DNA from: a bacterium
GTDB lineage: Bacteria > Hinthialibacterota > Hinthialibacteria > Hinthialibacterales > Hinthialibacteraceae
Direction: 5' to 3'
Length of the DNA stretch: 64,000 nucleotides
Assembly: GCA_963663405.2 (NCBI GenBank)
Contig: CAXXSM010000076.1
Location: 32,001-96,000 of the forward strand
Shown here piece after piece: positions 53,503 to 64,000 of this stretch (position 1 is its first letter; each line of letters starts with the position of its first letter). A program made the translations under genes and the position numbers. A model generated the notes under the pieces. It searched no databases. It was not told where the DNA came from and was given only the letters and a program-made list of their open reading frames with translations.

Positions 53503-53738
53503 GTAGGGTGGGCTAAAAGCGAAGCGTAGCCCACCATAATCGATTATCAATCTATTCAGTTTCGTAGAAGAATCTTAAAGCGGATTGTGTCTGTTTATAA
53601 CATTATAAATGTATAATGCTATAAAAATCCATGCAATCAAACACTATACTGCGTAAAATAACTTACATTTACAACGGTTGATGAAGGCGTTGCGGTTATT
53701 GTAAAGGTGGGCTACGCTGCGCTTTTAGCCCACCCTAC
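53503..53738. mobile_element. 236-bp REPIN/MITE-like element (family A), copy 1
   Basis: 33-bp inverted REP ends GTAGGGTGGGCTAAAAGCG.AGCGTAGCCCACC around an AT-rich spacer that is conserved in copy 2. Confidence 0.85.
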
Positions 53739-54141
53739 TCGACTATTCGACTAAATCCGTTTTGATGACTGTGTTTCGTACTCTCAAACGGTGAGGCTAT
53801 AATCCAATCCAGACACTCGTCTCGGCTCTCAGCGATTTTATTCTAACCGAAAAATTGCCCCCTTTCCCACCCGTTATCACTTCACATGACTGACCTGATA
53901 CGTATAATGAACTTTCTGACATGCTCGCTCTCCTTTTTCTAACTTTAACCGGTTAGGAGAGTTAAGCCTGTCCTCACTTTTTTTGAAGTTTTTAACCCAA
54001 TTTCCGGATGAACCAGAAAATGCTTGATTCATCATTGGATCTTTGTTAGATTGGGACGAGGTCAATTAGAAAGGAGGATTCTTTTCGTTACGGTTTGATT
54101 TTTAATCAGTTTAGTGAAAATTTCTTAGGGAGAAAAGTATT

Positions 54142-55104
54142 ATGAATAAGTTTTTTGTAATGATTCTATTGAGTTGTTTTTGTTTACCCGTCATGGCTCA
54201 GATTGAAGACTTTGATGAACAAACCGAAGGGCCTTGGTCGGATATCGATAACACCACGATTACCATTTTTAACGTGCCATCGATTACCTTAGATGGTGAG
54301 ATTTCCGCTGATGAATATGGTGGATTTGAAGGAATAGAAGTGATTCCCGTTGAGACAGGATGGGTTTTGAACTATGCCACCGAAAAGAATTGGGAAGGTC
54401 CGGATGATTCAAGTTTTACATTCTATGTGGCGTATGATGATACCTTTTTATATGTCGCTCTCGATGTGAAAGATGATGTGGTTCGTTCCAATGATGAAAA
54501 TGCGGCATTCTGGAAAGATGATGCGGTTGAAATTGTTTTTGGACCGGAAAATAACCGCTATGATATCAATACCGACGGATCGACAAACCTAGTAGGTGGT
54601 CACGTTTATTTCAACTGGGAAGGACGTTTTTCAGAATGGGATGAAGCATCCAGTCTTCCTCGCGATGCGGTTCGATTTGCCGCCGGTTTAGATTGGGCCT
54701 ATGGGGAAGACGCTGAAGTGTATGGCGTTGGTATTGAAACCGAAACCGGTTGGGCATTGGAAACCAGAATTCACAAAATGTGTTTCGAAGATGAAGACTT
54801 GGGAACATCTATGGTCGAAGGTGAAGTGTGGGATTTCAATGTGGGTCTCGATGATGATGATGGTGGCGATTTAGCGGTTCAGTATTGGTGGGCAAGCCGT
54901 GTTTTCGCAGATGGATTCAGCCCTGATAATGAATTTTTTGATTTGTTGTTGGATGAAGAAATTGAAACACAGGCTTATCTGGATCCGGAAAATGAAGCCG
55001 CTTTTTGGCCGTTGATCCTGGCTCAACCGTTGGGGTATGCATCTTGCGGAGAACTAATTTTTGGACCGCAATCAGCACCCGTGATCGAGTGGGCCGTGTA
55101 TTGA
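54142..55104 (+). CDS. Exported acidic CBM9/DOMON-like protein
   Basis: Signal peptide, LDG...EY and YDD..LYVA.DV.DD...W.DD.VEI motifs; ends PVIEWAVY. Confidence 0.75.
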   Translation: MNKFFVMILLSCFCLPVMAQIEDFDEQTEGPWSDIDNTTITIFNVPSITLDGEISADEYGGFEGIEVIPVETGWVLNYATEKNWEGPDDSSFTFYVAYDDTFLYVALDVKDDVVRSNDENAAFWKDDAVEIVFGPENNRYDINTDGSTNLVGGHVYFNWEGRFSEWDEASSLPRDAVRFAAGLDWAYGEDAEVYGVGIETETGWALETRIHKMCFEDEDLGTSMVEGEVWDFNVGLDDDDGGDLAVQYWWASRVFADGFSPDNEFFDLLLDEEIETQAYLDPENEAAFWPLILAQPLGYASCGELIFGPQSAPVIEWAVY

Positions 55105-55132
55105 CATAATTTCGAGAGAGATATTTTTATTA

Positions 55133-55167
55133 AAAAAACGGCGGGTTGTCGAATGGCCCGCCGTTTT
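55133..55167. terminator. Bidirectional intrinsic terminator
   Basis: aaaaaaacggcggg-loop-cccgccgtttt hairpin between convergent genes. Confidence 0.75.
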
Positions 55168-55181
55168 GCATGACTAGTTAC

Positions 55182-55417
55182 GTAGGGTGGGCTAAAAGCA
55201 CAGCACAGCCCACCCTAATCGATTATCAATTTATTCAATTTCGTAGAATAATCTAAAAGCGGTTTGTGTCTGTTTACAACATGATAAATTTATAATGCTA
55301 TAAAAGCCCATGCAATCAAACAATATACTGCGTAAAATAACTTACATTTACAACGGTCGATGAAGGCATTGCGGTTATTGTAAAGGTGGGCTACGCTTCG
55401 CTTTTAGCCCACCCTAC
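55182..55417. mobile_element. 236-bp REPIN/MITE-like element (family A), copy 2, followed by a partial right half at 55422-55523
   Basis: Same length and colinear with 53503-53738. Confidence 0.85.
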
Positions 55418-55527
55418 TTGGCTGCGTAAAATAACTTACATTTACAACGGTTGATGAAGGCGTTGCGGATATAGTGTTTAACAATGTAATGGCGCCCAAC
55501 GCTTCACTCTTAGCCTACCCTACTCGA

Positions 55528-55923
55528 TTACTCGACTTTCAAGTTAATATCAAAACCATAAGCGTTTTTAAAATATTCAACATATTCTTCACCTGCTGCT
55601 GATAGTACTCCTCTATTCCACCATTCTTTATTATTTGATAAATGATAATGATTGTGAAGCAAGCGTTTAAACCTTCTATCAATGTCTTGAACCGTACTAA
55701 TAAATGAACTATGTTCCTGAAAGGTCATAAGTTCGGGATTTGTGAGAATTTCTTCCAATTCATTTCGCACATGAATTTCATTATTGTACTCGCTAACATC
55801 CCAACTATAGCCTTCTTCACAATCTTCAACAAATCCTAACCAGCAAGTTATAAGCTCGGGAAGGTCTCTTGATATATTCAAATTTTTGATGAACTTCCTT
55901 CTCGTATCAAAATAATTTGCCAT
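55528..55923 (-). CDS. AT-rich hypothetical protein, immunity-protein-like
   Basis: 131 aa; W..FV..CE.GY....EY.N....R..LE...WW pattern; AAGGGA RBS. Confidence 0.6.
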   Translation of the reverse strand: MANYFDTRRKFIKNLNISRDLPELITCWLGFVEDCEEGYSWDVSEYNNEIHVRNELEEILTNPELMTFQEHSSFISTVQDIDRRFKRLLHNHYHLSNNKEWWNRGVLSAAGEEYVEYFKNAYGFDINLKVE

Positions 55924-55974
55924 TTTTATCCCTTGCTAAAACTAATTATTAAAATATTCCAATACTATAGTTGC

Positions 55975-56168
55975 GTAAGGTGAAGAGCGCAGCGTAGGGC
56001 GCCATAATCAATTATCTATCGAATCAGTTTCGCAGGATGATCTAAAAACGAATTGCCGCCTGCTTGCAACATAACAAACAATATACATTACAGAACTTAC
56101 ATTTACAACGGTCGATGAAGGCGATGCGGATAGAGTAAAGGTGGGCTACGCTTTGCTCTTAGCCCTAC
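55975..56168. mobile_element. Degenerate family-A REPIN, copy 3
   Basis: GTAAGG..GCGCAGCGTAGGGCGCC ... aacttacatttacaacggtcgatgaaggcg ... GGTGGGCTACGC..TTAGCCCTAC. Confidence 0.8.
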
Positions 56169-56175
56169 TCGTCTA

Positions 56176-57252
56176 TCAAAAAGGTATCTTTTTACATCGG
56201 ATAACATCTTTTTCAATCAGGGAACTCATCGTTTCATTTTGCATGCTGTTAATGTTTATTCTATTGGCGCCAATGTAATAAATCCCATGAAGTACCCCCT
56301 CGATCGATTTTAATCCAGCGACTTCATCACTTTTAAAGGTAATGGGTAATGATTGCTTAGTAAGAATTCCTTTCGCATGTTCAAAATAAGAATCATCAGG
56401 TTCTCTTATACCCGTCCAGAAACCTAATGCGCGATCTCCAGTTTGATCGAAATACATAATTGGATGTAAATATCCCACGTCGTTTGTGTTAATCCAATGA
56501 ATATTCCCTTTATATTGATTGCCCAATTGATCTGTAAAAATCGTTCGAACAAGTAACTCACCTAGTTCTTCGTCCGGTTGATCTATATAAGGCCGAACCG
56601 TTAAATCATCGTCGTCCTCACACGGAAAAAACCATACTGGATATTTCTCAAATTCTTCAGGGCCCAATTCATCTAATTGTTTATCATGGACCGATCGCTC
56701 AATCTTATCGAATGCTTCCGTTAATTCGGATCGAATAATTCTCTCGTAAGTAGTCCCGCCATCCTTCACACGTTTATATAGCGATCTGCACTCCAGCAAA
56801 TACGTTTTCATATTTTCAATATTGTAGGCGGTGTTGATCAGGAAAAAATAAGGAACGAGGGAATCACCCCGCTTAGCCAAAGCCTCACAATCTTCAAAAT
56901 CCTTGTCATAATAACGAAAACGTATATATCGCCTCCAAAAATCAATTTCCGTATCGTTTCCAAATCTCCATTCCGCTTCGTCCAGCAATTCAAACACTCG
57001 TTTTTCCGCTTTTGAAAGAAGTTTCTTATCAAGACGCATTCGAGCGGCGGTAACGTAATCTTGGGTGTAAAAATAGAGAGCGAACAGATTCAGGTAATCC
57101 TGACGGCCGGGATCACTCTCCAAAAAGAATTCTTCGTACGCTCGAATCGCATCCAGATAGCGTTCATCCCGGTCACATTGCAAAGCGATATCTTTTTTAT
57201 TCATTTTGGATACAACCCCTCCGTTGAATACCCGTTTTATTCCATCATACAC
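56176..57252 (-). CDS. AT-rich hypothetical protein, apparently two fused domains
   Basis: 358-aa ORF with a helical N-half and a distinct C-half starting K...L...F..YPVW. True start may be the GGAGG-preceded ATG near 57204. Confidence 0.65.
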   Translation of the reverse strand: MYDGIKRVFNGGVVSKMNKKDIALQCDRDERYLDAIRAYEEFFLESDPGRQDYLNLFALYFYTQDYVTAARMRLDKKLLSKAEKRVFELLDEAEWRFGNDTEIDFWRRYIRFRYYDKDFEDCEALAKRGDSLVPYFFLINTAYNIENMKTYLLECRSLYKRVKDGGTTYERIIRSELTEAFDKIERSVHDKQLDELGPEEFEKYPVWFFPCEDDDDLTVRPYIDQPDEELGELLVRTIFTDQLGNQYKGNIHWINTNDVGYLHPIMYFDQTGDRALGFWTGIREPDDSYFEHAKGILTKQSLPITFKSDEVAGLKSIEGVLHGIYYIGANRININSMQNETMSSLIEKDVIRCKKIPF

Positions 57253-57518
57253 TATGTTGGAAAGAATAACGTATAACCAGCGCTTTTTGTATGTGCTTTA
57301 AATAGTATATAAATGTTTTGTATGTGAGGAGGAGTGAACTGTCAATCCCAGTATCTAGTCCAGTAAATAAAAAAATCTTATCACGTCATAGCCAATATCA
57401 ACAAAAATAAGAGGAAAATTCTTCTGAATGCATAATCGAAAAAGCGGGGAAAGGGAACGAGTAACAAAATACATTGCTTTTCCCTTCCGCCTTCAGTCTT
57501 CAACCTTTTCCCCTAAAA

Positions 57519-57553
57519 ACAAAAACGCCCCTGGAAAATTCCAAGGGCGTTTT
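57519..57553 (-). terminator. rRNA operon intrinsic terminator
   Basis: aaaaacgccc..gggcgttttt hairpin just 3' of the 5S gene. Confidence 0.75.
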
Positions 57554-57561
57554 AAAGTTTA

Positions 57562-57679
57562 TTCCGGCGATGACCTACTCTCCCACAGCGTGTCCGCTGC
57601 AGTACCATCGGCGTGGAGAGGCTTAACTGCCGTGTTCGGGATGGGAACGGGTGTGACCCTCTCGCTATTGTCACCGGAA
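57562..57679 (-). rRNA. rrf: 5S rRNA
   Basis: Reverse complement contains CCCGTTCCCATCCCGAACAC..GATGGTACT..GGGAGAGTAGG; terminal helix ttccgg/ccggaa. Confidence 0.95.
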
Positions 57680-57777
57680 ACTTGATTTCGGTATTAAGTT
57701 GTCCAATTTGATTCGTGTATAGTCAACCGTTTGCTTTGCGCGGATTGAAGGGTAATGCCGCGGTTCGCTAGTGAAGA

Positions 57778-60740
<2,963 letters not shown>

Positions 60741-60846
60741 TCACCTACGAACAGATGCAGCATTACCCATCAATCTACGCAAAGATTGATCTCTTTCTTA
60801 CTACTACTACGTGTTGCCACGTAGTGGGCGACTAATACGAATCAAA

Positions 60847-60859
60847 TTGTCAAAGAGCA
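60847..60859 (-). promoter_or_regulatory. boxA antitermination motif in the ITS (second copy at 63072-63083 in the leader)
   Basis: TGCTCTTTGACAA and TGTTCTTTGACAA on the minus strand. Confidence 0.7.
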
Positions 60860-60960
60860 TCGGTCTCTTCAAGACCGGTTGGACAGCCTGAGATCACTCT
60901 CAGGGGATCCTTCCACTCACGACTCATTTTCGTGAATGGAACGATCTCTATTTTAAGTTA

Positions 60961-61033
60961 TGGAGCTGACCGGGATCGAACCGGTGACCTTCGGCTTGCA
61001 AAGCCGACGTTCTCCCAGCTGAACTACAGCCCC
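60961..61033 (-). tRNA. tRNA-Ala(TGC), CCA not encoded
   Basis: GGGGCTG/CAGCTCC acceptor stem with G3:U70, anticodon TGC, GGTTCGATCCC T-arm. Confidence 0.95.
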
Positions 61034-61051
61034 GCCCATCGATTTAAAATC

Positions 61052-61127
61052 TGGGCCTGACAGGAGTTGAACCTGTGACCTTTCGCTTATCAGGCGAACG
61101 CTCTAACCGCAGCTGAGCTACAGGCCC
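61052..61127 (-). tRNA. tRNA-Ile(GAT), CCA not encoded
   Basis: GGGCCTG/CAGGCCC acceptor stem, CTGATAA anticodon loop, GGTTCAACTCC T-arm. Confidence 0.95.
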
Positions 61128-61353
61128 TCCATATCTTGTTTTAGTCAGAAAAAATGGACGCACAATCTCCACGGCGTCCAGGACGTTCTTTCTTAACCTA
61201 TGACAATCGAGTAGAACGAAACAAGCGTGTCTCTACCTAGGAGTAACCCATTCAGAAATCATGTCGCCAAACGCAGAGGCTTCGGACGTTCTCACACTGG
61301 AACGCCTCTTTTCCATCCTCCGCTGTCCAGCGATTTCTGAAGGGCATACAACT

Positions 61354-62920
<1,567 letters not shown>

Positions 62921-63171
62921 GAAAATTTAACATCCACTAACAATATGCTAGTGAATGGCTTATCCTGTCTTAACAAGCCACTTTTATTGTGGCGTTGTTC
63001 GAATCGGGGCCCCTTCAATCCTCTCGGATTAAAGAAGCTGATGTTACACGCTTTTGTGTTTGTCTACTCGATTGTCAAAGAACAAGAAAGGATTCGTCCT
63101 CTCTTTTTGCTTCAGAAACCAAACCCGCAACTTTGAGTGTTTATCGGCCTCTCCGTTGCGGGCAGATAATT

Positions 63172-63199
63172 ACTATACTCTTTATTTCTTTTTCGTCAA
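63172..63199 (-). promoter_or_regulatory. Putative rrn promoter
   Basis: TTGACG-16 bp-TATAGT on the minus strand, upstream of boxA and 16S. Confidence 0.65.
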
Positions 63200-63730
63200 C
63201 CCGCTCTGCCCATTTTTTTTATTTTTTCTTGTCTTCATCGAACTTGGCAGAACTCCTTTTAGGATACGAAAGAGAACCTATCTTACTCAGTTTCTTTCGT
63301 TTGTTGACTCTCTCTGTCTCTGAGCACGAAGGAAAAGTATAGCCAGTAATTCAGGACCGCAAACCCCGCGGACACACTTTTTTAACTTTTTTTAAATCTT
63401 TGTAATTTCTTCTGAATTTAACCCTTATTTCGACCTTGTTTTAAGGAAAAAAAACACCACCGTATACTGTTTGATGATCGTATAACTATCTGATAAACAA
63501 TATGTTAAGATTCATTCTCCACTCTTTGTCACTGTGCTGGAGCCTTCGATACTTTTTTTCTTTAAAAAGACAAAAAAAAATATAAATTTCTATTTGGATT
63601 CCTTAATACCTGCAGATTAACAATATTATATATATATTAAATGAAGAGCGGGTAGCCAGAGCTAAGTTCTTCATCTGCCCTGGCGTTATATTAAGGAGAT
63701 TATACAAAGGGAGAAAAGGTCATGAACAGA

Positions 63731-63775
63731 AATCCTGAGTATTCTGTTAATCTTGGAAGTCCAGATTCAGACAAA
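63731..63775. repeat. Right-arm copy of the ccagattcagacaaa repeat seen at 14176-14220
   Basis: atcctg...atc.tg...tccagattcagacaaa similarity. Confidence 0.7.
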
Positions 63776-63787
63776 TATCCATTCAAA

Positions 63788-64000
63788 CTAGGGCCCAAAA
63801 CGGTGAAGATCCCCCCGGCTCTGAATACCATTGGATGGCTCGTAAACCAAGAATATATTGGGGCCGGCGATCGTAACCATGGCGCCGGATTCCATGCTCA
63901 ATTGCCCGCTGTCTCCATCCATGATCTGATCGGGGCCGCGGGAAATCACCCACCATTCATACGCCCCCGGCATCACAACGCCTTTCCATTCCTTCATCGC
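63788..64000 (-). CDS. C-terminus of a probable pilin/pseudopilin-like protein (5' end outside window)
   Basis: W...SRGPD and YEPSNG..S.GDL tail motifs, recalled from type II secretion G-like proteins. Confidence 0.5.
   Translation of the reverse strand, partial: AMKEWKGVVMPGAYEWWVISRGPDQIMDGDSGQLSMESGAMVTIAGPNIFLVYEPSNGIQSRGDLHRFGP

Noticed and set aside
43288-57252. Classical integron or CALIN
   Set aside because: No intI. The repeats begin with GTAG palindromes rather than RYYYAAC..GTTRRRY attC boxes, and genes occur in both orientations. Not formally tested with a covariance model.

Overview
Bacterial chromosomal window of moderate GC, probably from a deep-branching diderm lineage. A C-terminal V-x-x-W-x-V-Y motif and a YEPSNG..S.GD pilin-like tail suggest Ca. 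Hinthialibacterota/Sumerlaeota-like organisms, but this is inference only. 1-18 kb: mixed genes (FapA/DUF342, TPR protein, serine hydrolase, repeat-tailed FecR-like protein, CHAT protease with about 7 TM helices, DUF5107-TPR protein, S9 dipeptidyl peptidase, lipA). 18.6-38.8 kb: one co-directional run of htrA-grpE-dnaK-FmdB-like, a MoxR/DUF58/Bat (VWA) cluster interrupted by a GT2 glycosyltransferase and a PPIase, and groEL without groES. 39-43 kb: sugar ABC transporter. 43-57.3 kb: accessory region where AT-rich single genes (TA pair, FRG, metallophosphoesterase, orphan antitoxin, immunity-like genes) are each bracketed by GTAG-type REP/REPIN repeats or direct duplications. Several of their stop codons lie in or directly against the repeat, and no integrase or transposase is in the window; this is the best candidate for an undescribed system. 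57.5-63.2 kb: complete minus-strand rRNA operon (16S, tRNA-Ile, tRNA-Ala, 23S, 5S). Four genes, including groEL, have single-base frameshifts in short homopolymers, most likely assembly errors. All family assignments come from motif recognition by eye; no searches were run.
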